From: Candidatus Microgenomates bacterium
GTDB lineage: Bacteria; Patescibacteriota; Microgenomatia; UBA8517; JACQJR01
NCBI GenBank assembly: GCA_016204995.1
Contig: JACQJR010000001.1
Location: 167,793-231,792 of the forward strand
DNA length: 64,000 nucleotides
Reading direction: 5' to 3'
Shown here piece after piece: positions 18,422 through 27,885 of the stretch (positions are counted from its first letter, which is position 1; each line of letters starts with the position of its first letter). The position numbers were made by a program, and so were the translations under genes. Under the pieces are notes generated by a model. It made no database searches. It was not told the origin of the DNA and was given only the letters and a program-made list of their open reading frames with translations.

Positions 18422-19458
18422 AGTGATTTTTCTTTATAACTTTTCAAATTGCCTAAGAAAGTATAAAAATGATACCCAAGGGGGACATTTTTGGAGATAA
18501 TCGGGAAAAATATTCTATCATCAATGGTGCGAATTTTACTTTGAATAAAGTACCTTTTGCGTAAAGTCGCGCTAATATTAATTAAATTCCAGAGTATGGC
18601 TTTTTTAATCGCCCAAGCAATACTAAATTTCCGTCGCAATAAATACATGACTAAAACTATCTCACATAAAAATAAGTGCCAAAGAAAAATTTTAAATAAA
18701 TTTATCGCCCCTAAATTTTTTAGGTAGGAATTAATCCTATTCTTGAATGAGTGATATTGAACGAAAGAATTATCTAGTTTACTACTAGTGGCACCGATTT
18801 TATGATAAATTTTAGAGGAAGGGACAAAAGCAATTTTATATCCGGCCATCCAAACCCGATGGCATAAATCAGTTTCTTCAAAATAGGCAAAATATCGGCT
18901 GTCAAAGATTTCTTTATCCACCTTCACTTTTTCTAACACTTCTCTTTTAAAAATCATCGCTGCGCCTTTGGCTGAATAAATATCAATCTGCCGATCGTAT
19001 ATCTTTGAATCTTTTTTGGCAAAACCATAATGATAAAGAAAACCACTGCTCGTTAAGAATGAACCAACTGCATCAAGTCTTTCTTTATCATCCATAAAAA
19101 ATATTTTACTTTGCACTCCTCCTATGCTTAGATCTGAATTTAGAACCCTTAATAAATTGATTAGGAAGTTATCAGTAACATAAGTATCATTGTTAAGAAA
19201 AAGAATATATTCACCCTTTACAACTCTATAACCAATATTGTTGGCTTCAGCAAAACCTAGATTTTTTTTATTGATAATAATAATGGTTTTAGGGAAGTTT
19301 TTCTTAACATATTCTACCGAACCATCCATAGAGGCATTGTCAACTAAAATTACTTCTATCTTTTTATACTGTTGTTTAAAAAGGGACGGCAAACATTTTT
19401 CTAAGTGAGCCTTTCCATTCCAATTAACAATAATGATAGATACTAGTTTTTTATTCAT
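18418..19458 (-). CDS. GT2 family glycosyltransferase (WbbL/rhamnosyltransferase-like)
   Basis: VSIIIVNWNG...VILVDNASMDGS...LGFAEANN. Confidence 0.75.
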   Translation of the reverse strand: MNKKLVSIIIVNWNGKAHLEKCLPSLFKQQYKKIEVILVDNASMDGSVEYVKKNFPKTIIIINKKNLGFAEANNIGYRVVKGEYILFLNNDTYVTDNFLINLLRVLNSDLSIGGVQSKIFFMDDKERLDAVGSFLTSSGFLYHYGFAKKDSKIYDRQIDIYSAKGAAMIFKREVLEKVKVDKEIFDSRYFAYFEETDLCHRVWMAGYKIAFVPSSKIYHKIGATSSKLDNSFVQYHSFKNRINSYLKNLGAINLFKIFLWHLFLCEIVLVMYLLRRKFSIAWAIKKAILWNLINISATLRKRYFIQSKIRTIDDRIFFPIISKNVPLGYHFYTFLGNLKSYKEKSL

Positions 19459-19463
19459 TGTGC

Positions 19464-21664
19464 TTATGGTCCAAGAAATTCTATATCATCTAGATAAAAT
19501 GTACCGCTGTTTTTTGTACCAATCATATTAAAGGACAGTATAGCAAAGCGGGCATCGGGCGGAGCTTTGGCAGTAACTGATATTTTATACCATTTAGATT
19601 GACCGAAAACTCTAGGTGATAAAGCTATCACCTCTCCTGGTAAATTAATATTGGCATCTTCCTTGTTAAAGAAATCTATCCGTAAAAACCCATCGCGTTC
19701 TACCTCATTTAAAAATCCCACTGGTTTTAACCAACCAGTTAAAGTATAAACCTCTGATGGCGTAACAGAAATTTTTGGACTCATTAGTCTAGGACCGCGA
19801 TAATAAATATTTTCTAAATCATACTCTAAAGAGCCTTTTCCACTATGTCCTTCCTTTAAACTAAAAGAAATATTAATTTTACTTTTATTACCTAATTCCT
19901 CTAAACGCCAAAAATCTTTTTCTTGTTCTTTATCAAAAGAAAATCTTTTAATTAAGTTATTAGCCGTTGGCAAAGAAGTAGGCAAGGCAGAAAAATACAA
20001 GCCAGACATGTCACACATACTATCTCTAGTAAAACTTTTTAATAAGTTTGCCCGACTAAAATATTCCCTCATTGCTAAAGTAACATAATAATTTTGGTAA
20101 AGAGGTTGGGGAATAATAAAAAAATTATTTTCAAACATATAAGTAAAACGTGATAAAATCCCAGTATTAATAAAAAAATAATCAAACTTTCGCTCTTGTA
20201 GTTCTGTTAAAAAGAAATCTGTATCAGGCCTCACTTCCGTAACTTGATAAGATTTTTTGGGTAAGGCAATGGGAGAAACTTGGGCTATTTTTTTATCAGC
20301 TGAAATATTTTCGTTAATCCATTTAACGCTAAATTCATCAGGGCTTACCCCACCGCAAGACCAACTACTAACAACAGAAGTTGTGATTGGGTGATAAAGA
20401 ACCAACCCTGATATGACAAAAAATATCATCATGACATTAACCCTCTTTTTAATTATTTTTCCCAAATTATCCTTAAGATTTAACAAAAAAATAGCCGCGA
20501 ATATTGATAAAAATGGCACCAGTGGTAAATTCAACCTTTCATAAACCGCTGGTATATAAAAAGAGTTATAGATAAAGGTAAATAGAGGAATAATTAGTAA
20601 AAATAAAGTTTTTTTAAGATGACGAAATAAAGATAAAAAAATCCCCCCAATTGATACTAAAGCTAAACCTGGCCCTAAAACTCGAAAGATTAAAAATGAT
20701 GAATGAAATTCTTTAAATCCAGTAGGAATAAGAGTTGATAAACTAGGAATACTAGACTTACCGCCTGAAGAAATATAAGATAGGATAGACGTCATAAAAG
20801 CCGTTATAGAAGTCCCATACCATAAAAACTGAGCTCCAGCTTCTTCTTGCAGAATATGACGACTATCGGCACTAAAGAATAAGTATGGCACACCAATAAA
20901 TATTCCCACGGGAATGGCGAGAAGTCCCAAAGAAAATTTTGATAGTCTTTTTGATAATTTATCTTTATCTAAAAAAATAACAAATGGATAAGCAAGAAAA
21001 GCCAAAGGAAAATATTTTATAGTAGAGGACAAACCAATCAAAAAACCACTAGCCAAATACCATTTCAGGCGGCTAGTAGTTACAGCTTTAACCATAAAGA
21101 GTAATGATAAAAGGATGAGAAAGATAAATGAAACATCGGTGGTAATATAATGAGAATCCCTGACATGCAAAGGGTTTAAGGCGAAAATTAAAGCTGATAA
21201 AAAACCGATTTTTGGATTAAATAATTTTTTAGCGATTAGATAAACGATCAAAACGCTTATTGTGCCAATTATGGCTGTCAATGCTCTACCCTCTAAGAAA
21301 GATAAGGAATTGATATCACTAGTTACATATTCAATAAAATCTATGGCTTTGTTATTGAATGATGTAGGCGGAGGTTGAGAAATTTTTAAATTGGTTAAAA
21401 TTATCCCGATAATCCAAAAGGGAATGTAAACTAAAGATTGTAAATAAAAAATCCAAGAACCATATTTATAAGCATGCGGCTCAAAATCTCCATTTGTAAT
21501 AATGTTATAAAAAAGGGCTTTCGCATGTTTTATAATATAAGCCTCATCTGTATGGGCAATATTAGGAACTAGACCGATAAAGCGAACCAGTAGGGCAACA
21601 GCAAGAATGATAAATAAAAGCTTATTATTTTTTAAAGCACGCCGAATTCCCCTCATTAGCATTA
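19464..21664 (-). CDS. GT-C glycosyltransferase, PMT/ArnT-like (group A) with C-terminal CBM-like beta-sandwich domain
   Basis: The loop-1 motif AHTDEAY carries the conserved Asp-Glu. NPLHVRDSHY follows. About 12 TM helices. C-terminal GFLRIDFF...W.K...APP...F...YLDDIEFL is shared with 24921..27164 and 32236..34386. Start placed at MLMRG (complement 21664). The ORF-track start was 21803. Confidence 0.6.
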
Positions 21665-21711
21665 GGCGTATTATACTAGATTTTAATCGTGTATAATATC
21701 TAACATAAATT

Positions 21712-22779
21712 ATGCCAATAACAAAAACTAGTTTAGTTTCCTGTGTAAAAGTAAAAGTTGGAAAAGATCCTAAATTAGTTTTTAAGGCTGTTGCCCAAGC
21801 CATGAAGCTTGCGCATTGGGAAAAATATGTTAAGGGGCGTAATATTGTTTTAAAAGTGAATGTGGTGTGGGATAAACTTTACCCTAGTTGTACTACTACT
21901 CCCATGGTAATAGAAGGAGTCATAAAAACATTGCTCCAGAAGTTTCCCAATGCTAAAATCACCATTGTTGACACCGATACTCCTGGAATCATGCATGCCC
22001 ATTACTCCTTTAGGAATTTAGGTATTAATTACATGGCTAAAAAGTACGGCATCAAGACTGTCAATCTTACCAATACCAGCTTCCGCACCGTCAACCTTAA
22101 CGGCGAAAAACTTAAAAAATTTAAAGTAAGTAAAGTTCTACTTGATGCAGATACAATTATTACCATTCCCGTGATGAAGACCCATTCTATCTCAACAGTA
22201 TCATTGAGTCTTAAAAATCAATGGGGATGTATTCATGATTTAAGACATAACTTTCATCTCTATTTAGCCAAAGCCATCGGGGACGTAAATAATTTTTATA
22301 AAAAGAAGGTTTCGTTTGTAGTTATGGACGGATTATTTGGCATGGAAGGGAAGGGCCCAAAGAATGGAAAACCAGTTAAGGTAGGATTTATTTTTGCTTC
22401 ACCTGACCGCGTAGCTCTTGATACTCTGGTTGCCCAATCCATGGGGTTTGACCCCCAAAAGGTTGATCATATAACTCATTGCCAAAACTTAAAAATTGGC
22501 ACTATGAACTATAAAATCGTTGGGTCAAAACCACCCAAGATGAAATTTGCCAGTCCCCATGATTTTCAGTTAACCTTTTGGGTAGAAATGTTTTTGAGAA
22601 AACTTGGGCCATTTTATGAAAAATTATTTTTCCAAACGAATATTCTTTACCCTTTACGCCTGGCAGCCAGAGTATACAATGACATTTGGTACTATTTTAT
22701 TGGAAGTAAAAACAAGGACAGGATGATGAAAACAGATTTTGGTCAGATGTGGCAAGAATACTTAAATAATGCTTCTTGA
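21712..22779 (+). CDS. DUF362-like domain protein (hypothetical)
   Basis: [21 protein letters not shown] resembles the conserved DUF362 core. Confidence 0.35.
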   Translation: MPITKTSLVSCVKVKVGKDPKLVFKAVAQAMKLAHWEKYVKGRNIVLKVNVVWDKLYPSCTTTPMVIEGVIKTLLQKFPNAKITIVDTDTPGIMHAHYSFRNLGINYMAKKYGIKTVNLTNTSFRTVNLNGEKLKKFKVSKVLLDADTIITIPVMKTHSISTVSLSLKNQWGCIHDLRHNFHLYLAKAIGDVNNFYKKKVSFVVMDGLFGMEGKGPKNGKPVKVGFIFASPDRVALDTLVAQSMGFDPQKVDHITHCQNLKIGTMNYKIVGSKPPKMKFASPHDFQLTFWVEMFLRKLGPFYEKLFFQTNILYPLRLAARVYNDIWYYFIGSKNKDRMMKTDFGQMWQEYLNNAS

Positions 22780-22804
22780 CTAAAATTAGTAAATTGACTA
22801 CATT
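22776..22804 (+). promoter_or_regulatory. Putative promoter (-35 TTGACT, 17-nt spacer, -10 TACATT) upstream of the ATG at 22818
   Basis: Read from the sequence. The -10 box is weak. Confidence 0.3.
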
Positions 22805-22817
22805 ACAAGTAATTAAA

Positions 22818-23951
22818 ATGCCAAAAAACGGTGAGCTAAAAAAACACCCCGCCACAAAATATGCACTCATCACTGGATGCTCTGGGCTGGTTGGCTCGGG
22901 AGCTGTCCGTTTCTTCTGTGAGCGAGACTTTCAAATAATCGGCATAGATAATAATTTTAGAGAGTACTTTTTCGGTAAAGATGCTAGTACGGATTGGATG
23001 AGAAGACAACTTGAGGAAAAATATCCCAAACAGTTCCAACATTTTTCTATTGATATTCGCGATTACCTAACTCTTGAGCAAATTTTTAAAAGATTTAATT
23101 TTGAATTAGTAATTCATACTGCTGCTCAACCCTCTCATGACTGGGCGGCTCGCGAACCTTTAACAGATTTTTCCATTAACGCCGTCGGCACCTCCAACAT
23201 GCTTGAGTTAACTAGATTATATGCTCCTAATTCTGTTTTCATCTTCACCTCTACTAATAAGGTATACGGGGATTTACCCAATGAACTTCCTCTTATTGAA
23301 CTAGAAAAACGTTGGGAAATTAAGCCTACGCATAGATACTCTCGCGGCATTGATGAAACAATGGATATAGATAATAGTGTTCATAGCCTTTTTGGTGCCT
23401 CAAAAGTGGCAGCCGATGTGCTTGTCCAGGAATACGGAAAATATTTTGGCTTGAAGACGGGGGTGTTTAGAGGCGGTTGCCTCACAGGTCCAGCCCACTC
23501 CGGCACTATGCTCCATGGCTTTTTAGCCTATCTTGTTAAAGCAATCGCCAAGGGAATTCCCTACACCATCTTTGGATACAAGGGAAAGCAAGTTAGGGAT
23601 AACATCCACTCCTCCGACCTTATCAATGCCTTTTATCATTTTTACCAAAATCCCCGTCCTGGTGAAGTCTATAATATGGGTGGATCTCGCCACTCCAATG
23701 TTTCTATGCTGGAGGCAATCGCGAAAATCGAAAAATTACTTAAGAAAAAAGGCAATATAAAATATTCTGATGATAATAGAACTGGAGATCATATTTGGTA
23801 TATTTCAGACGTTTCAAAGTTCAAAACTCACTATCCTAATTGGAATTACAAATATGATGGAGACCAAATATTAGAAGAACTATGTAAATCTATGGTGGAT
23901 AAAAGCTATTCTGTCAAAAAAGAAGAAGCCTTTGTAATTAACGAAAGGTAA
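22818..23951 (+). CDS. NAD-dependent sugar epimerase (SDR family; CDP-paratose/tyvelose 2-epimerase-like)
   Basis: [12 protein letters not shown] Rossmann motif. YGASK. Start at MPKNGE. The ORF-track start was 22776. Confidence 0.6.
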   Translation: MPKNGELKKHPATKYALITGCSGLVGSGAVRFFCERDFQIIGIDNNFREYFFGKDASTDWMRRQLEEKYPKQFQHFSIDIRDYLTLEQIFKRFNFELVIHTAAQPSHDWAAREPLTDFSINAVGTSNMLELTRLYAPNSVFIFTSTNKVYGDLPNELPLIELEKRWEIKPTHRYSRGIDETMDIDNSVHSLFGASKVAADVLVQEYGKYFGLKTGVFRGGCLTGPAHSGTMLHGFLAYLVKAIAKGIPYTIFGYKGKQVRDNIHSSDLINAFYHFYQNPRPGEVYNMGGSRHSNVSMLEAIAKIEKLLKKKGNIKYSDDNRTGDHIWYISDVSKFKTHYPNWNYKYDGDQILEELCKSMVDKSYSVKKEEAFVINER

Positions 23952-23958
23952 AATAAAC

Positions 23959-23982
23959 TACTCCGTAGTAAACTACGGAGTA
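23959..23982 (+). terminator. Perfect 10-bp stem / 4-nt loop hairpin (TACTCCGTAG-TAAA-CTACGGAGTA) 8 nt after the stop codon; candidate intrinsic terminator lacking a strong U-tract
   Basis: Inverted repeat read directly from the sequence. Confidence 0.35.
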
Positions 23983-24060
23983 TCCCTTAGGAAAAGTTTG
24001 ATCACTGCTTCGCTAACCCCCGCAGCAGAGCTGCGAGGTATTCGCTAAGTTTGACTAAAT

Positions 24061-24089
24061 TTGCATTTCTATTAAAAACGGTCTATAAT
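24061..24089 (+). promoter_or_regulatory. Putative sigma70-like promoter (-35 TTGCAT, 17-nt spacer, -10 TATAAT) 9 nt upstream of the ATG at 24099
   Basis: Consensus -10 box. No Shine-Dalgarno. Confidence 0.4.
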
Positions 24090-24098
24090 TTTTTTACT

Positions 24099-24860
24099 AT
24101 GCAAGAAAATTTGAAAGGTGGCGAAAATTCCCGTATAGAGGACTTGCCGGTACCAGAATTTAATCTCACAGATGAACAAAAGTTGATATTAACCGGCGTA
24201 GCTGACTGGGTCAGTAATTTTTTTAAAAACGCCGAAGAAAATAACCGTGTGGTTATGGGAGGACACGGTTTTGACCATAATCAGCGTACTGCAGGGATAG
24301 CAGCCGTAATCGCCACACGCGAAGGCTATTCTCCCTTTCTACCAGCGTTGACGAGTTTGATATTTGATATTGGCAGAACCAGTACTGATCCTCGAGCGCA
24401 TAACTTTCGCCATGGAGAATTAAGCCGTGAGATGGCACACGATTTTATTATAGGATTACCTTTAGCGGATGAAGAGAAAACCTTAGTATTAAATGCGATT
24501 GAAGATCACCCCAAACTTAATGATCAGATAGTAGGAGAAAGAAGAAACTGGCTACAAATGATTTTGCAAGATGCCGATAGATTAGATACACTTGGACCGA
24601 TTGGGATAGCAAGAGCCAGCTCCAATCGCTGGAGACTACCACTATTTTCCGATCAAATTGCCATAGGAACCCCTGAAGATACCATAACTACAAGTTTCCA
24701 GGATTATGCTTATCGCGTCCCCGTATGGATTGAGTCTATGTGGACAAAAACCGGTTTAGAGATTACACAAGCTAGAATGCCATATATGCAAGCTGCAATA
24801 GCTGAAATAAGAAAAGAAGCTCAATATATGCATGATGCTTTCGGCAAACTCTTTGAATAA
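24099..24860 (+). CDS. HD-domain superfamily protein (variant: FDIGR in place of the HDLGR motif)
   Basis: GFDHNQRTAGIA (His), LIFDIGRTS and QDADRLDTLG (Asp) match the HD-domain layout. Paralog of 6159..7727 and 53336..54709. Start chosen at the ATG that follows the promoter; the ORF-track start was 24051. Confidence 0.45.
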   Translation: MQENLKGGENSRIEDLPVPEFNLTDEQKLILTGVADWVSNFFKNAEENNRVVMGGHGFDHNQRTAGIAAVIATREGYSPFLPALTSLIFDIGRTSTDPRAHNFRHGELSREMAHDFIIGLPLADEEKTLVLNAIEDHPKLNDQIVGERRNWLQMILQDADRLDTLGPIGIARASSNRWRLPLFSDQIAIGTPEDTITTSFQDYAYRVPVWIESMWTKTGLEITQARMPYMQAAIAEIRKEAQYMHDAFGKLFE

Positions 24861-24884
24861 TTCTCTCCTTCTCTACATCTCTAA

Positions 24885-24913
24885 TTGATGCAAATAATCG
24901 GATAAGTTATACT
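24885..24913 (+). promoter_or_regulatory. Putative promoter (-35 TTGATG, 17-nt spacer, -10 TATACT) ending 7 nt before the GTG start at 24921
   Basis: Read from the sequence. Confidence 0.3.
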
Positions 24914-24920
24914 GCCTGTT

Positions 24921-27164
24921 GTGAGGAGAAAAATTAGATACTTTGCCGACCAAATTTTTAAAAAGAAAAAGGCAATAACATTAATCTTTATCTTAGGGCT
25001 AAGCCTTAGGCTTCTAGGTACCTATCCCGGTTATCCCCTCACCCATCCTGATGAATCAACTATCCAAACTGCCTCTATTGAAATTGCTTTTAAGGGCAAT
25101 TTCTTAACCAAGGCTTATTATTACGGACAGTTGTTACCGCTTATTTATGCCTTTAGTTACCTTTTTTACCTTCCTCTAGCAGCTATTTTCTTTTTACCTA
25201 ATCTTATTACCACTCGGGGTCTAAATCATTTCGGAGAAGAATTTTATAAATTTCTTACCCAAGGTTTCCCTCTACACCAACAAACATTTTGGAGTGTTAA
25301 TTATTGGGCAAGGTACGATAGCGCCATTATTAGCTCTTTAACTATTATTGTTGCCTACTTATTGGGAAAAAAATTATTTAATAAACATATTGGTTTAACA
25401 GTTGCCTTTTTAATTGCTATTAATTACCGACATGTTTTAAGCAGTAGATTAATTTTAGCTGATGCACCGGCAGCCTTTTTTGCGATACTGGCCGTTCTTT
25501 TATTTACTAGGCTTTTACAAAAAACATCTTTAAAAAACTATCTTCTAGCTGGTGTGGGTTTGGGTTTATCCTTATCTGTAAAATATTTTATTTATGTCAT
25601 TCCGGCTTTTTTATTATGCCATCTTTCCTCTTCCTTAAAAACAAAAGGGAATGTGTTAATAAGATTGGTAAAAGTTATTACAAATTATAAATTATTTTTA
25701 TCAGTTCTTACGGCAGTAATTTTACTATTAATTATTAATCCCTATTTTTTATTTGCCCAAAAAGAAGCCGCTTATTATTGGATAGCCAATTCTGCCAGAT
25801 ATGGCTTAAGATTTTCTCTAGAGACACTGCAAAATAATAATTTTTCCTTCTACTCTCTTTACTATTTATTTTATTACGGCTTAAGTCCAATCATTAGTAT
25901 TCTTACTATCTTAGGCTTTATCTGGAGCTTTATTCGTTATCCTAAGGCAGCATTGATTATCTCTATTGTTATCATTCCCTATCTTTATACTTTTTTAGTA
26001 ATTTCTGGAACAGGCATTGTCAGAAACTATGCTGCCATTATTCCGCTTCTATTATTTTTCCCTGCTGTAATTATTGCTGACTTAATTTTATTTTTGCACC
26101 GAATTAAATTTTCTACCATCATTATCACCTTATTAATCTTAACTATCGGCTACCAATCATTAAAATATAGTCTAACTAGCGGATATTATTTGACTCAAGA
26201 GCAAAATATGATTTCTCTTTACAAGTGGATGGATAAAAATTTACCAGAGGATAGCAAAATTATTGGTTCAAGTGGCATCTTCTATCCTGCTGGTCGTAAT
26301 TTTGAGGGAATTAAATTAGATGTCAATTTAAATAACCTAATGAGTATGGAAGAGTTGCAAGAGCAACCAACTCCCTGGCTTATTTTTAGTTCTATCCCTC
26401 AAGATGTGACAGAAAACTTTCTATTGAATAATGAAATTGCCAGAAAATCTTTTATCAGCAATTTCTTGCCTTCATATCTTACTAATAATACTTATAACAC
26501 TCTAGTCTTTAAGGAGCTAGCAGATTTTAGGGTAGCAGAATTTGCCAAACCTTTAACTCAAGATCCCCCATTTATGGTAATTAAAATCCCGCAGTTTGAC
26601 CAAGCTAAAAAAGAGACAACAGTAGCCAGATTTAAATTTACTAACTCTCAACAATTAAATAATTGGTCTTATAATTTCTATCCTACTGATACTTATCAAT
26701 ATACATATGAAAATGGCGTTGTTAATTTCACCCAAAAAACTCCTCAATGTAATACTTTACTTACCCAACTATCTTCAGATAAAACTTATATTATCCCAAA
26801 CCAATGGTATAGCCTCAAAGCTTTAGCCAAACGACAAGCTAATAGTATTTACCAAAGAGCCAGGAATGGATTTTTTAGATTAGATTTTTATGACGGAAAT
26901 GACAATTTAATTAAAACCTATGTCACTCATCCACTTAATTCTAATGTAGGCTGGCAGAAACTATCGGCTGCCGGAATTGCACCGCCGTATGCTACTTATG
27001 CCAAAATTACCTTTCAGATTGATGCCTGTTTTGAGGAAGAAAGCTATAGCTTTAATAACATCACTCTTTTTACTACTAAACAAATACCTAGTATTGACAC
27101 AACCACCTATCATTTCTATATGCAACCCGCGCCTAGTAGTTTTTACTGGTTACCCCAACTTTAA
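24921..27164 (+). CDS. GT-C glycosyltransferase, PMT/ArnT-like (group A) with C-terminal CBM-like domain
   Basis: Loop-1 motif THPDEST. AINYRHVLSSRL. Multi-TM. C-terminal FFRLDFYDGND...GWQKL...APPYATYAKITFQ. GTG start. Confidence 0.6.
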   Translation: MRRKIRYFADQIFKKKKAITLIFILGLSLRLLGTYPGYPLTHPDESTIQTASIEIAFKGNFLTKAYYYGQLLPLIYAFSYLFYLPLAAIFFLPNLITTRGLNHFGEEFYKFLTQGFPLHQQTFWSVNYWARYDSAIISSLTIIVAYLLGKKLFNKHIGLTVAFLIAINYRHVLSSRLILADAPAAFFAILAVLLFTRLLQKTSLKNYLLAGVGLGLSLSVKYFIYVIPAFLLCHLSSSLKTKGNVLIRLVKVITNYKLFLSVLTAVILLLIINPYFLFAQKEAAYYWIANSARYGLRFSLETLQNNNFSFYSLYYLFYYGLSPIISILTILGFIWSFIRYPKAALIISIVIIPYLYTFLVISGTGIVRNYAAIIPLLLFFPAVIIADLILFLHRIKFSTIIITLLILTIGYQSLKYSLTSGYYLTQEQNMISLYKWMDKNLPEDSKIIGSSGIFYPAGRNFEGIKLDVNLNNLMSMEELQEQPTPWLIFSSIPQDVTENFLLNNEIARKSFISNFLPSYLTNNTYNTLVFKELADFRVAEFAKPLTQDPPFMVIKIPQFDQAKKETTVARFKFTNSQQLNNWSYNFYPTDTYQYTYENGVVNFTQKTPQCNTLLTQLSSDKTYIIPNQWYSLKALAKRQANSIYQRARNGFFRLDFYDGNDNLIKTYVTHPLNSNVGWQKLSAAGIAPPYATYAKITFQIDACFEEESYSFNNITLFTTKQIPSIDTTTYHFYMQPAPSSFYWLPQL

Positions 27165-27885
27165 GAGGAAAACCAAAATATTTATACCTCAGGGATTTCA
27201 TAAAAACTTTAAAATAGCCTGGTCCCACTTTTAAGACTTTAAAATTGCTTATTCCCATTCCTTTGGTTCTTTCAATCCAGCTAACTGGAACTTCCTTAAT
27301 ATTATAGCCAAGTAAAATGGCGTAAATCCCAATTTCCGCATTGATGGAAAATCCCGGGCTTTCCAGGTAAGGCTTTAAATCATCAATAATTTGCTTTCTA
27401 TAAAATTTAAAATTATTAGTTACATCCCACTGTCTCATTCCCAAGATGGCTTTAGCTAAGATATGAAAAGATCTATTGGCAATTTTCTTAGGCCAAGCAT
27501 ATCCTTCCAATCTTCCTCCTTTAATAAATCTGGCACCCACTACCCCGTCTGCTTTCTCTCCAGCTTTGACTAATTTTTTAATATCAATAGTATTTTTAGT
27601 GAAATCGCAATCAAGTAGTAAAACATGCGTTGCTTGATCTGAAATTGCTTTTAATCCTTCTCTGATGGCATTTCCTACGCCGCCATTTCTTTTTCTATGC
27701 ACCACAGTCAGTTTTGGATATTTTTTTTTCAGTTTATCCAGAATTTTGCCAGTACTATCTGTACTACAATCATCAACTACTACAACTTGCATCAGATTTT
27801 TTCCTAAATTACCAAACAGAAGTCGTGCCATGTTTTTTATATTTCCCTCTTCATTATGCGCTGGAATGACTACTGAAATTTTCAT
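27133..27885 (-). CDS. GT2 family glycosyltransferase, Dpm1-like
   Basis: ISVVIPAHNEE...VVVVDDCSTDST...NGGVGNA. Confidence 0.75.
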   Translation of the reverse strand: MKISVVIPAHNEEGNIKNMARLLFGNLGKNLMQVVVVDDCSTDSTGKILDKLKKKYPKLTVVHRKRNGGVGNAIREGLKAISDQATHVLLLDCDFTKNTIDIKKLVKAGEKADGVVGARFIKGGRLEGYAWPKKIANRSFHILAKAILGMRQWDVTNNFKFYRKQIIDDLKPYLESPGFSINAEIGIYAILLGYNIKEVPVSWIERTKGMGISNFKVLKVGPGYFKVFMKSLRYKYFGFPLKVGVTSKNY

